A stretch of 64,000 nucleotides of DNA from Candidatus Hermodarchaeum yapensis (GTDB lineage: Archaea > Asgardarchaeota > Hermodarchaeia > Hermodarchaeales > Hermodarchaeaceae). The notes beneath the pieces are model-generated. The model was given only the letters and a program-made list of their open reading frames with translations. It was not told the DNA's origin and did not search any database. Location of the stretch: the NCBI GenBank assembly GCA_016840405.1, contig JAEOSK010000013.1, positions 1 to 64,000 on the forward strand, written 5' to 3'. The stretch's first letter is position 1; each line of letters opens with the position of its first letter. Of this stretch, positions 29,335-38,658 are shown one piece after another. The translations under genes and the position numbers were made by a program.

Positions 29335-30107
29335 TCTGGAAAATTCTATTATGACACTTTTGAATCAGTGGACCCAACATATGCCAATCCATTCTTTCAG
29401 GATTCCTGTGTCAGGCATAACTAATGGATGAAAAAAATTAGATATTGAGGAATTAATGTGAATGGTGAACCACGAAAAAAGAAACCAAGATTTTCACTTA
29501 CACACTACAGAAACGATGAGAGACTTGTAGAGCTCGTGAAAAAAACTGACCATAAAACATTGGCAGTCTGGGCAATTGATTGTGCTGAGCGTGTTTTACC
29601 ATATTTTGAAGAAAAATATCCAGAAGACCAGCGACCTCGGAGAGCCATTGAAACACTCAAGAATTGGATAAATACAGGGGTGTTTAAGATGGCTGTTATT
29701 CGCACGGCTTCACTTGATTCCCATGCCGCCGCTCGTGAAGTAGGGAGAGATAATGCAGCCCGCTCTGCTGCCCGTGCAGCAGGTCAAGCGGTGGCAACCG
29801 CACATGTTTCAACTCATTCTATTGGTTCTGCAATTTATGCCTTACAAGCTATCCATAGAGCCATAGACTCACCTGATACACACGCAGCCGTAGCTAAAGA
29901 ACGAGATTGGCAATACCAGCACTTACTCAGATTAAGAGAAGAATACGGACTGAAGTACTAAACGAATACAGCACAGGATTAGTTCCTCTTTGAAGTTTGA
30001 AAAATGAGGAAGAGTGCTATTCTGACACTTTTGCCCCCTATTGTGACACTATTTAGCAGAATACAGTGGTTATTGCATAATCTGGATAAAGATATTATGA
30101 CACTTTT
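29335..30107 (+). repeat. Four direct copies of TATTnTGACACT(T/A)TT framing the Imm5-like gene
   Basis: 29347-29361, 30018-30032, 30039-30053, 30093-30107; the outer two extend to TCTGGA-N6-TATTATGACACTTTT. Confidence 0.8.
29458..29961 (+). CDS. Imm5-like putative immunity protein
   Basis: WAIDCAERVL, DQRPRRAI, HAAARE, AARAAGQAVATAH, ERDWQ. Confidence 0.8.
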   Translation: MNGEPRKKKPRFSLTHYRNDERLVELVKKTDHKTLAVWAIDCAERVLPYFEEKYPEDQRPRRAIETLKNWINTGVFKMAVIRTASLDSHAAAREVGRDNAARSAARAAGQAVATAHVSTHSIGSAIYALQAIHRAIDSPDTHAAVAKERDWQYQHLLRLREEYGLKY

Positions 30108-30323
30108 TGCATGACAAAACTAGCACGGGTCTGCAGTCAGCTAAGGGGCTGAGATTTCCCTGCAGCCTCGGCGTACGAAGGAGCCAATTTACTCCTATAA
30201 TCTTCGGAATCTAGAAGGAATTGATCACTGGAACTTCGAACCATTTCAGTTTCTGTAGTTGTAAATGCTGTTTTCTATTGAAAAAACCGAATTCTTACAC
30301 CAAATTATGAAAGCCCAAGGGCG

Positions 30324-31265
30324 TTAACGACCTTCATCTCCAGACACCTGAAAAGAAACCAGGGTCTTCGGAGTTTGTCGGCGCGATAACCACACAGCCC
30401 CAGCTATAAAGCCTGTCCATCCCAATGCGGCGATTATGAATAGGATATCCATTAGTGGTTGCCACATCTGAACCACGGTAATCTGCACCGACTGGTCGAA
30501 CTCGGTCGTTAGATCAAAAAAGTAGAGTCCTGGCCCTGGCACCTGAAGGATGGTACCACCCGTTTGGCTTGCAGGACTGCGGACGAATAACCACACGGAA
30601 GAACGAATGGCGTTCAGATACAGTTCGGTACTACTCACAAGAACACCGCTGTCATCGCGTACATCAATCTGAATGCTGATATTGTCAAAAGCCCATGACA
30701 CATTGGACGGAAAACTCAAGTATTGTGCATACACCCAGAATTGCTGCTGACTCACAAGAGGATAATCAAGCATTGATGTGGAAAATTCCAGACTGCCGTC
30801 TAGTGACATCTGTGACCCCTCCCTGACCGCACTATAGTTCCCAAACACGACAAGATACGGTATTGTAGAGCCAATGAGAAGGAGCACTAATAAGAACCAA
30901 ACATATCGCCGACGCGTAACGATTTTGTCTACCTTGGGAACATCGGTTGATACGCGGTCTTTCCGACCTCTCAGATAACTAGCGATGCTGACACCGAGGG
31001 TGATTACTGAGCCCCAGAAACCTCCATTGAAGAATGCATCATACAAGGGGAGTGCTGTTAGTGCAGCTATTTGAATCCAAATAAGGAGGGTGATAATAAT
31101 AACGACCAAAAAGAGAAGACCTATTTTGCCGTTTTCAATTAATCTCTCACGGTTCGGAAAGCCGGGGAATATGAGGCGAATCCAGTTACGCTGAAGCACC
31201 ACAAAAATAAGAAGCATGAGAAGTACGATGAGCAAAATTAACAAGGCAATATGCCAAAAGAACAT
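30324..31265 (-). CDS. Hypothetical membrane protein
   Basis: 313-aa ORF, four N-terminal TMs, beta-rich domain, C-terminal TM. Confidence 0.7.
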   Translation of the reverse strand: MFFWHIALLILLIVLLMLLIFVVLQRNWIRLIFPGFPNRERLIENGKIGLLFLVVIIITLLIWIQIAALTALPLYDAFFNGGFWGSVITLGVSIASYLRGRKDRVSTDVPKVDKIVTRRRYVWFLLVLLLIGSTIPYLVVFGNYSAVREGSQMSLDGSLEFSTSMLDYPLVSQQQFWVYAQYLSFPSNVSWAFDNISIQIDVRDDSGVLVSSTELYLNAIRSSVWLFVRSPASQTGGTILQVPGPGLYFFDLTTEFDQSVQITVVQMWQPLMDILFIIAALGWTGFIAGAVWLSRRQTPKTLVSFQVSGDEGR

Positions 31266-31332
31266 GATCTCTCGGCTTCTTTGAATACACCCAAGAATTT
31301 GAATATTTCTGGAAGAGATATTGTGGAATGTA

Positions 31333-31455
31333 ACCAGTTTCTTCTAGTAATTCTCTTTGGGCACCTTCAATATTTTCTTCTCCTTCTTCGAGAGTTCCTG
31401 TAACCCCTTGCCAAACCCTCCACGACTTTCTATTCTTCTTTTCTGAAGTAGTAGA
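31333..31455 (-). pseudogene. Nudix hydrolase remnant (NudB-like)
   Basis: Manual translation LLLQKRRIESRGGF / WQGVTGTLEEGEENIEGAQRELLEETG (complete Nudix box) with a 1-nt frameshift at ~31414; no start or C-terminal half. Confidence 0.7.
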
Positions 31456-31950
31456 CTGCTGCGATGATGGCTAGCGCCAATCCAGCTCCAAGAGTTAAGA
31501 TTGGTAATAAAGCCTGGAGTGATTCTTGGGCATCAGCACCAGCCACTACTGGAATGTTCTGGCTGTGGGAAAAGTGTCCTGAGGAGATTCTGTCTTGTCC
31601 TGAATAGATTTGGCGCCCAATGGTATATGTGAGCATGAGATAGTTATAGCCGGTTTCTGGTAGTTACTGAAGACCTGGATTTCGATGCTGCTGACATTTC
31701 CTCCCTCTTCGACTTGTAGTCTGGCTTGTGCAAATTGGCTAGGAAGCATCTGTACATAGAGCTCGCCAACAAAATTAGACGATTGAGCGTCCCACGAAAA
31801 TATGTGTGTGTGTCTGCTCATGGGCATGAAAGCCGGTCCGGGAATAAACATGCCCAATGCCCCTAACAGGATTAGAGTCAAACCCACACCAAGCAATACC
31901 CCTTCGAATCGGATTCCATGAAATGGACTTTGGGTTTTCACTTTCTTCAC
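31430..31950 (-). pseudogene. Frameshifted membrane-anchored protein (ORFs 31546-31950 and 31430-31636)
   Basis: N-terminal TM in one frame and C-terminal TM plus RK in the other; one extra base near 31655-31665 joins them (NYQ/ETGYNYLMLTY). Confidence 0.55.
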
Positions 31951-32090
31951 AGATGCTCACCAAAAGGGTTGTTCGACACATTGGTTATAATTCGATGCAT
32001 TCGAACATTTGATTCTAGCGTATCTGGAGAAACACATAAACTCGGTGTCTCAAAAGAGTTGGTAGTTCTTAATACAGGAGTGGAATTAGA

Positions 32091-32270
32091 TTGGGTAATC
32101 TACGACCAGAAGATATCGATCCACTACGTCGTGGCCCGCGAAAGATACCTCCCGACGATTTAAAGCGTGGAACAGATTTGGATATCGTCTCATTACTTCG
32201 TCAACTCATCGTACGTGTTGAGCAACTTGAGAAGGATATGCGTCAAGTAAAAGAGAAACTCAACTTATAG
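32091..32270 (+). CDS. 59-aa basic/coiled-coil protein (below the ORF-track cutoff)
   Basis: MGNLRPEDIDPLRRGPRKIPPDDLKRGTDLDIVSLLRQLIVRVEQLEKDMRQVKEKLNL; AGGAG RBS before the TTG; heptad pattern. Confidence 0.65.
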   Translation: MGNLRPEDIDPLRRGPRKIPPDDLKRGTDLDIVSLLRQLIVRVEQLEKDMRQVKEKLNL

Positions 32271-32310
32271 CTGGCTAAGAGCAAACCGATTTCTCGAAGA
32301 ACATTGCTTC

Positions 32311-34266
32311 CTAGGCGCGTCTACGTTTCCAAATAATTACGATGCCAAGGGCTAGTGCAGTCACAACCACTATCCCCACAACGCCATAAAGGATGGGAGA
32401 TCCGGGTCCAAGAGCTAGAAAGAGGGATCGCAGCCCATATTGGCAGAGAAGGAGCTGTTCTGGATCAAGTGTCAACTGTAGTGGAAATTCAGACACGGAT
32501 ATATTCAGGACAGATGTTGGAGAAGCTTCCATCCAGACCCACACCACTTCACTCGTTGCTCCAAAGGAGATGGCTAAAGGCACACGAAGCCGGACAAGAG
32601 TAGAAGCGCTCTGGAGTAAAGTAAAACTAATTGTCCATCCGTCGACTCCTGCCGACAGAGTGGCTGCTCCGAGGCTCAACGTGACAACCCCACTCCCAAA
32701 CACCCAAGGCTCGAAGAACCAGTCTAATGACTCACCAACAGAGGTTTCGAAATACTGTTGAATGGTCCGTGCTCGAACGTTTTGATGAATCGCCAAAGAA
32801 TAAATGTCTTGCCAGGCTTGGTAGAACGTACCATCGCCTAATTGATGGCGGAGCATATCATAAACAAGTGCGGCTTTGGAGTACACAATGCTACCATAGG
32901 CGTCCCAATAGGTGTTTTGCCAGAATGCCATGGACTGGTTGATGCTCTCATCACCGCCATTGGCTACATAGCCCCAATATCGATTCAAATCATAAAGCCG
33001 ATAGTCCGCAAGTGTACTAGGCCCGTAGACATGTTCCACCCATACATATTCACAAAATGAAGCAAATCCTTCGTCAATCCATGGTTCAGTATAGCTATCA
33101 GTTCCAATGGTAAAGGGAATCCATTCATGCCCAATCTCATGCGCTACAACTGAGGCAAAATAGGAGAGTCCTGCATAATCATCGTAGAGGACAGTCCCAA
33201 TCATAACGAGTTGGGGGTATTCCATGCCTCCTGCCCAAAAATCAGCCTCCACGATTTGAAGACTCTCCCAGGGATAGGGTCCAAAACGGTTTCCAAATAC
33301 TTCAAGACATTGCGTCGCGATTTCGAGGGCCCGTTGCCCAGCCAATTCATGGCCAGCAATGTGATAGCTAGTCACATTCACACCTTGCGTTTCAACACTG
33401 AGTGTTTGGTAGTGGGGGCTTGCACACCATGTGAAATCACGGACAGGTCCGGTCACGAAATGCCAAGTTCGTGTTCCTCCACCAGCACTCGTGCTTTCAA
33501 GCTCGCCAGTTGCCGCAATGACATAATCATTAGGAACGGTGATATCGACGTCATAAATTGCGACATCACTGTAGAAGCTCTCCCCCAGATGGGAGTAAGG
33601 CGTCCTGTCCCATCCCCGGTCATCATAGACTGAAACAATCGGATGCCAGTTGCCCAAATTGAACGCCAGAAGGTCGAAATCTTCGGTTTCTATAGTTACA
33701 CCAAATCGATCGAACCGCTCTGGAATCAAGACCTGCCAAAGTAAATCAAGAGTCACATTCTGTCCCGGAGCCAACACCCCAGGACCAGACCCACTTACTA
33801 AATTAACCCAAAGCAGAGAATCATCGGTACCACTAATCATGTAGGGTAAGGAAGTATCGTTGAATAGAACATCGAAAACCTCAATCCATCCCTCTGGTTG
33901 GAAGGCATTAGGATACAAATGAAAATACAACTCAGAAAGGGAGTCGGTTGCATGATTTACATAATTGATGGTTGTGGATCCATTCACATGATGGGTCAAT
34001 GGCAGTAAGAGGGCATCAATCGAATAATTAGTGAGGGGTGTTGGAGCAGCAGGCGGAGCAATAGAACCTGCAACCGAGTTGATTTCATCTGCTAGGGCAG
34101 GTTGTTTGTTAGAATTCACACCTGGTAAGTTGTTCACTTGGTTAAGAGTGGAAATGATTGGAATACAAAGGAGTGGATGGGTTACTGTAGTCACTAAGGA
34201 GAAGACGAGTAAACAAGTCATTGTAAAAAGGAGACTGCGACGAGTCCGCACTGCCAAGCTAAACAA
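32311..34266 (-). CDS. Secreted, membrane-anchored M1-family aminopeptidase
   Basis: Signal peptide, GGMEYP, HEIGHEW, WIDEG, YSKAA, C-terminal TM plus KRRR. Confidence 0.9.
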   Translation of the reverse strand: MFSLAVRTRRSLLFTMTCLLVFSLVTTVTHPLLCIPIISTLNQVNNLPGVNSNKQPALADEINSVAGSIAPPAAPTPLTNYSIDALLLPLTHHVNGSTTINYVNHATDSLSELYFHLYPNAFQPEGWIEVFDVLFNDTSLPYMISGTDDSLLWVNLVSGSGPGVLAPGQNVTLDLLWQVLIPERFDRFGVTIETEDFDLLAFNLGNWHPIVSVYDDRGWDRTPYSHLGESFYSDVAIYDVDITVPNDYVIAATGELESTSAGGGTRTWHFVTGPVRDFTWCASPHYQTLSVETQGVNVTSYHIAGHELAGQRALEIATQCLEVFGNRFGPYPWESLQIVEADFWAGGMEYPQLVMIGTVLYDDYAGLSYFASVVAHEIGHEWIPFTIGTDSYTEPWIDEGFASFCEYVWVEHVYGPSTLADYRLYDLNRYWGYVANGGDESINQSMAFWQNTYWDAYGSIVYSKAALVYDMLRHQLGDGTFYQAWQDIYSLAIHQNVRARTIQQYFETSVGESLDWFFEPWVFGSGVVTLSLGAATLSAGVDGWTISFTLLQSASTLVRLRVPLAISFGATSEVVWVWMEASPTSVLNISVSEFPLQLTLDPEQLLLCQYGLRSLFLALGPGSPILYGVVGIVVVTALALGIVIIWKRRRA

Positions 34267-34386
34267 CTCTTACTTGTCCTCATAAAGATGATAAGAAAAA
34301 GTCTTCGAAGGGAGCAACTGCCCCTTTTAAAAATTATGATATGCCTTCCTGAGAGAAGTAGATTGGTAACCTAGGATGTCCCGATC

Positions 34387-34536
34387 CTAAGCTTCCTCAG
34401 GAACGGCGGGAAATTCATAGCCGCAGGATGGACAAGCAATTGAGCCACAGGAGCGGGCCATCATACAGCCAGCACATCCAGAGGCTTGCGCTTTTTGAAA
34501 TGTACTACCACACATGGGGCATCTATATTCTGCCAT
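34387..34536 (-). CDS. 49-aa seven-Cys protein downstream of feoB (below the ORF-track cutoff)
   Basis: MAEYRCPMCGSTFQKAQASGCAGCMMARSCGSIACPSCGYEFPAVPEEA; GGAGG RBS; alternative ATG at 34554. Confidence 0.8.
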   Translation of the reverse strand: MAEYRCPMCGSTFQKAQASGCAGCMMARSCGSIACPSCGYEFPAVPEEA

Positions 34537-34605
34537 TGTTGATATTTCCTCCATTTTCAATTGTTATCAAGATTGTTATTCTACTTTAGGTTCACCTTTT
34601 GAAGG

Positions 34606-36840
34606 TTATGGTAAACCTAGACCGAGGAGCAGCCAATTTACTATACCTCCTAAAAGTAATGCTAGAGTAATGGTTGTCGCCGCTAGAACTAAGGTGTACT
34701 TCCAACCATACTCTCGACCCAACACAGCTATGGTAGCAATGCAGGGAATGTATATGGTTGTGACGATAGCAAAGACAAACATTTGACGGATAGTCATGAA
34801 AGTTTCGATGCTTCCGCCGGCGAGAACAACAAGTAGTTCGACCGTTAGTTCTTTACGCAAAATTCCGTAGATTAGAGCGGCTGCTGCTTCAGGAGGCAAA
34901 CCGAGCCATCCAACAACAAGGGGAGTCGCTGGATTGATGATGAAGTAAAGATACCCAAATTCTAGTAGCACTCCAAGGATGGCTCCACCGATAATAATGA
35001 GGGGAAGCGCAATGTAGACAAACTCTCTAAACCGAATCCATGTCTTTTTCAGTATTTGTGTAAGTCGAGGAGCTCTAAGTGGCGGGATTTCCATGACGAG
35101 ACCATAGGAGGGGCCTGGTAAGGTATGCTGTAGGAGGGCGCCTAAGCCTATCATGACGCTAAGGATGATTCCATAGATAATGAAGGCGAAGATGATTGAG
35201 CCATAAAGGGCGACGGTTCCGAGAATGATAGCAAGTTGGGCAGAGCACGGTACGAGAACCACTAGGAATCCTGCAATCCACCGTTCTCGTTTTGTATTTA
35301 GGATTCGGTTACCTAACACGCCAGGGACATTGCACCCCATGCCCGTGAGCATGGGAATAATTGCTCTCCCGTGCAGACCGAGGCGGTGCATGAAGGCATC
35401 TAATAGAAACGCTATACGAGCAAGATAACCCGTATCTTCCATAATTGATAAGAGAATGTAGAAGGTGGCAACATATGGAATTGCGATGAAGAGCCAGCCT
35501 TGAATACCAAGAACAAGCCCGTAAAACAGGATAATTTGCAGAATAGGCCATGGTACATATGTGGTAATAAGAAATTCAGCCATAGGATTAATGAAAGCTT
35601 CCCAAAATTCGCCAATGGTTGCTGAGAATATGGCTCCCATGGCGAAGATAAAGAGAAGCGATCCAATCAATATCAATAGCGCGATGGGTAATCCAAACTT
35701 CCGATGAGTGAGTACAGTGGATATCCGTTCAGTAAATGGAACTCTTTCACCTTTCCCTTTCTGGACCTGTTCAGTGATGTAGGAGGCATAGTCGAGACGC
35801 TTTTCTCCGAGAACTAACACAACATCGTTATCAAACTCTGATTCAATTTCGTCTCGCACTTTTTGAACCAATTGGACGGCTTCTTCTTGATCATGTCGCA
35901 ACTCAATACAGAGGGCGCATTCTGCGTATTCTTCAAGGAGCTGTTGGGACACAATTCGTAAAGGTAAATTTAGGGGACACAGTTGCATATTTTCGAGCTT
36001 CTGTTCCAGCCTCCGAAGTTTAGCCTCAATTCCATCAGGAAACAGCAGCCGACGGGGATGTTGTTCTCGACCTTTCGAGATTGCAGTTTTAGCCGCTACT
36101 CGGAGGAGAAGTTTCAGATTTTTGCCATGGATAGCGATGGTGGGAATAACTGGGACACCGAGTAGATTTTCTAATGCTCCAATATCAACTTCAATGCCCA
36201 TGCGCTGAGCAAGATCAATTTGGTTTAGACAAACTACAAGGGGAATATCAAACTCTAATAAGGCGAGAGTGAGAAGAAGATTCCGCGGAAGATTGGTTGC
36301 ATCGATGATATTAATAATAACGTCGGGAGGGTTTTGTTGGAGATAGCGGAGGGTGACTTTTTCGTCTTCGGCAGTAGGACTCACAATTGTATAGGAGCCG
36401 GGTAAGTCAACAATATCAAGGCGGATGCCCTTCTCGGCTTCAAATTCTGTGTCTTTTTTCCACTTTCGAAAGTGGCGTCCGAACCCACGTCGACCTCTTC
36501 TTCGACGGAATCTATCGCCTTCAGAATCCGGTGTTGCATCCTCTAATTTGATTATCTCCTCTGAAGGTGATTCCCAGTCTTTGACTGTTGGAAGCCATAT
36601 TGGAGAAAACACATCGTTTTTGGAGAGGTATACTGTTCCTTCGAGAATCTCCACAGTGGTTCCAGGATAGTTTGAGACAATTGCCCCAAGACCAGTCCAT
36701 TGATTAAAAATTACACTTTTACCAACATTGGGTTGACCTACTAAGGCTATCCGAACCGATTCTGTTTCCAATACCTGGTGGCGGTGACGGTATTTCCGTT
36801 TCCGATGGCCACTCACACCAAACATCTCCCTCGCATTCAT
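34606..36840 (-). CDS. feoB: Ferrous iron transporter B
   Basis: GQPNVGKS, NYPGTT, DLPG, NQID, EDTGYLAR, GCNVP, PCSA, RKE, YIPC. Confidence 0.95.
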   Translation of the reverse strand: MNAREMFGVSGHRKRKYRHRHQVLETESVRIALVGQPNVGKSVIFNQWTGLGAIVSNYPGTTVEILEGTVYLSKNDVFSPIWLPTVKDWESPSEEIIKLEDATPDSEGDRFRRRRGRRGFGRHFRKWKKDTEFEAEKGIRLDIVDLPGSYTIVSPTAEDEKVTLRYLQQNPPDVIINIIDATNLPRNLLLTLALLEFDIPLVVCLNQIDLAQRMGIEVDIGALENLLGVPVIPTIAIHGKNLKLLLRVAAKTAISKGREQHPRRLLFPDGIEAKLRRLEQKLENMQLCPLNLPLRIVSQQLLEEYAECALCIELRHDQEEAVQLVQKVRDEIESEFDNDVVLVLGEKRLDYASYITEQVQKGKGERVPFTERISTVLTHRKFGLPIALLILIGSLLFIFAMGAIFSATIGEFWEAFINPMAEFLITTYVPWPILQIILFYGLVLGIQGWLFIAIPYVATFYILLSIMEDTGYLARIAFLLDAFMHRLGLHGRAIIPMLTGMGCNVPGVLGNRILNTKRERWIAGFLVVLVPCSAQLAIILGTVALYGSIIFAFIIYGIILSVMIGLGALLQHTLPGPSYGLVMEIPPLRAPRLTQILKKTWIRFREFVYIALPLIIIGGAILGVLLEFGYLYFIINPATPLVVGWLGLPPEAAAALIYGILRKELTVELLVVLAGGSIETFMTIRQMFVFAIVTTIYIPCIATIAVLGREYGWKYTLVLAATTITLALLLGGIVNWLLLGLGLP

Positions 36841-37583
36841 TCATCGTCTTTTTCGCGATGAACTCGGACACATTTAGCAAGTTTGCTACTCAACGCAAAG
36901 TGGGCAGTTCCCACTTCGATAAGCAAAGTATCCCCGATAGGAGATATTTGGACAATACGAACGATTTCACCCGGAAGCATGCCCATCGCAGCCATCATCC
37001 GGAGCAGGTCAACATTCTCATTACTAATACAATCAATAACCGCCTTCTCATTTTGTACAAGATCAACGAGAGTCAGTTCAGGAAGGGACGATACGGTGCC
37101 ATTAGCTTCAGGAATTGGATTGCCATGTGGACATGTCGCTGGTTCATCTAATCGATCAAGAATCCGATTACATAATTCGGGAGTAAGCATATGCTCCCAC
37201 TCACACGCCACATCATGAGCTTCTTCCCAGCTAACTCCTAATAAATCAACAAGTAATCTTTCTGCAATCCTGTGCCGTCGTAGCACATCCAGAGCTAGTT
37301 TTCGCCCTTTGCGTGTAAGAAGCACACCTCGACTCTTTTCGTATTTCAAGTAATTTTTTGTGGCGAGTTTTTGCACCATTTGAGTGACACTAGCTGGTTT
37401 TACACCGAGAACTTCAGCTAATTCGCCGGTCTTGGCGTACTTCCTTTTATTCTGTAGGAGCCTGAAAATGGCTTCGAGATACTCTTCGATACTGGCACTT
37501 GGTATGTCATATCGCCTTGCAGTGGACGTAGATTTCGATTCTTCTTGGGTTGTACCAGCAGGATTACGTGGTCCAGGATTCAT
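36837..37583 (-). CDS. DtxR/IdeR metal-dependent repressor with a C-terminal FeoA domain
   Basis: EEYLEAI, RRHRIAE, ACEWEH, CPHGNPIP, FeoA-like tail; 4-bp overlap with feoB. Confidence 0.92.
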   Translation of the reverse strand: MNPGPRNPAGTTQEESKSTSTARRYDIPSASIEEYLEAIFRLLQNKRKYAKTGELAEVLGVKPASVTQMVQKLATKNYLKYEKSRGVLLTRKGRKLALDVLRRHRIAERLLVDLLGVSWEEAHDVACEWEHMLTPELCNRILDRLDEPATCPHGNPIPEANGTVSSLPELTLVDLVQNEKAVIDCISNENVDLLRMMAAMGMLPGEIVRIVQISPIGDTLLIEVGTAHFALSSKLAKCVRVHREKDDE

Positions 37584-37590
37584 AAATTTA

Positions 37591-37608
37591 ATTTAGGCGT
37601 GCCTAAAT
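37591..37608. promoter_or_regulatory. DtxR/SirR-type operator ATTTAGGC-GT-GCCTAAAT
   Basis: TTAGG-N4-CCTAA palindrome between the minus-strand TATA (TTTATATTT ~37605-37613) and ATG 37583. Confidence 0.85.
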
Positions 37609-37644
37609 ATAAAGCTTTACATTGTGTAAATGTAACCTAAACCG

Positions 37645-38556
37645 CTATACAAGCCCGAGCACCTGAGCACACATTAAAAAATATTGTACCAATGCCCCAA
37701 CCGCGCCCCATCGTTTTGCAACTCGTTCAACATCACGCCGTTTCGCTGGTCGCCCATTCATGTATAGTTGCGAAATGATTTGCCGGATGCCGAGATCATC
37801 AGATGGAAATACGTCCAGCCTCCGTAACCCAGTTAACACCGCAAGCTCTGCAGTCCAGACACCAATCCCCCGTATTGCATCGAGTTCACGTATTGCTACC
37901 TCGGTACCAGATTGTGCAAGCATATCTAATTGCAGTGACCCGCTTGTCAGCTGTTCAAAAAGCCCAATAAGATAAGGTGCCTTGTAACCAACTTTAGAAG
38001 CCCGGAGATCCGCTTCTGAAAGACTTACTAGAGTGTCTAATGTTGGAAATCCGTATAATTTCCCGTCTCCGAGTTGACATTGTGGTCCATAGGTCAAGAC
38101 CAGTCTTCGAGTGACTTGATTCGCAGCCCGAAAACTGACTTGTTGTTGGAGAACAGCTTTCACAAGCGCTTCAAAAAGTGACGGTTGAGAATAGGGCCGA
38201 AGGCCTCTCAAGGGTTTAGCAAGATGAGCTATTACAGGATCTTGTTTTATCGCTGCGAGAACTGGTTGGGTATCCACATCCCAACCTAACAGCCATTCTA
38301 CTAAAGAGGTGATGGCTTCATGTTGAGTCCCGTACTTGACTGGCCATTGAATCAGTAGACTAGGATGAGACCCTTTTCGCAACTGGTAAACGCGAATAGG
38401 AACCTGAACGTTCTCGATTTGTATGCAACGAGCAAATTCCCCAGGTCGTTTCATCTCAGGCGCTGGCTGAATATCAGGATAAATCCAACTATCCACGGTC
38501 ACGTCAAGGTCATAAGGGCTATTCAGCTCCACCTGAAACCCATGGATATCAGACAT
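37645..38556 (-). CDS. alkA: DNA-3-methyladenine glycosylase II (HhH-GPD)
   Basis: LQQQVS, IRGIGVWTAE, FPSDDLG. Confidence 0.88.
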   Translation of the reverse strand: MSDIHGFQVELNSPYDLDVTVDSWIYPDIQPAPEMKRPGEFARCIQIENVQVPIRVYQLRKGSHPSLLIQWPVKYGTQHEAITSLVEWLLGWDVDTQPVLAAIKQDPVIAHLAKPLRGLRPYSQPSLFEALVKAVLQQQVSFRAANQVTRRLVLTYGPQCQLGDGKLYGFPTLDTLVSLSEADLRASKVGYKAPYLIGLFEQLTSGSLQLDMLAQSGTEVAIRELDAIRGIGVWTAELAVLTGLRRLDVFPSDDLGIRQIISQLYMNGRPAKRRDVERVAKRWGAVGALVQYFLMCAQVLGLV

Positions 38557-38658
38557 TCAGCCACCATTCCCCCTCGAAGCTACAAGGACTTATTTTATCT
38601 TATTCCTCATTACACTGTCTTTAGATAGCATTTTGAATAAGGGTTGATATAGATAGTG

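Noticed and set aside
29335-30107. CRISPR array or integron attC sites
   Set aside because: Spacing is irregular, repeats are short, no cas or intI is present, and there are no RYYYAAC/GTTRRRY ends
30123-30183. Possible SECIS element or tRNA fragment
   Set aside because: No in-frame TGA selenoprotein candidate nearby, no SECIS core, and no T-loop or CCA end
31918-32163. 81-aa ORF from the track
   Set aside because: No features, and it conflicts with the better-supported 59-aa ORF at 32091-32270
34361-34500. GC-rich stretch first read as an IS end or ncRNA
   Set aside because: It is explained by the 49-aa Cys-rich ORF on the minus strand
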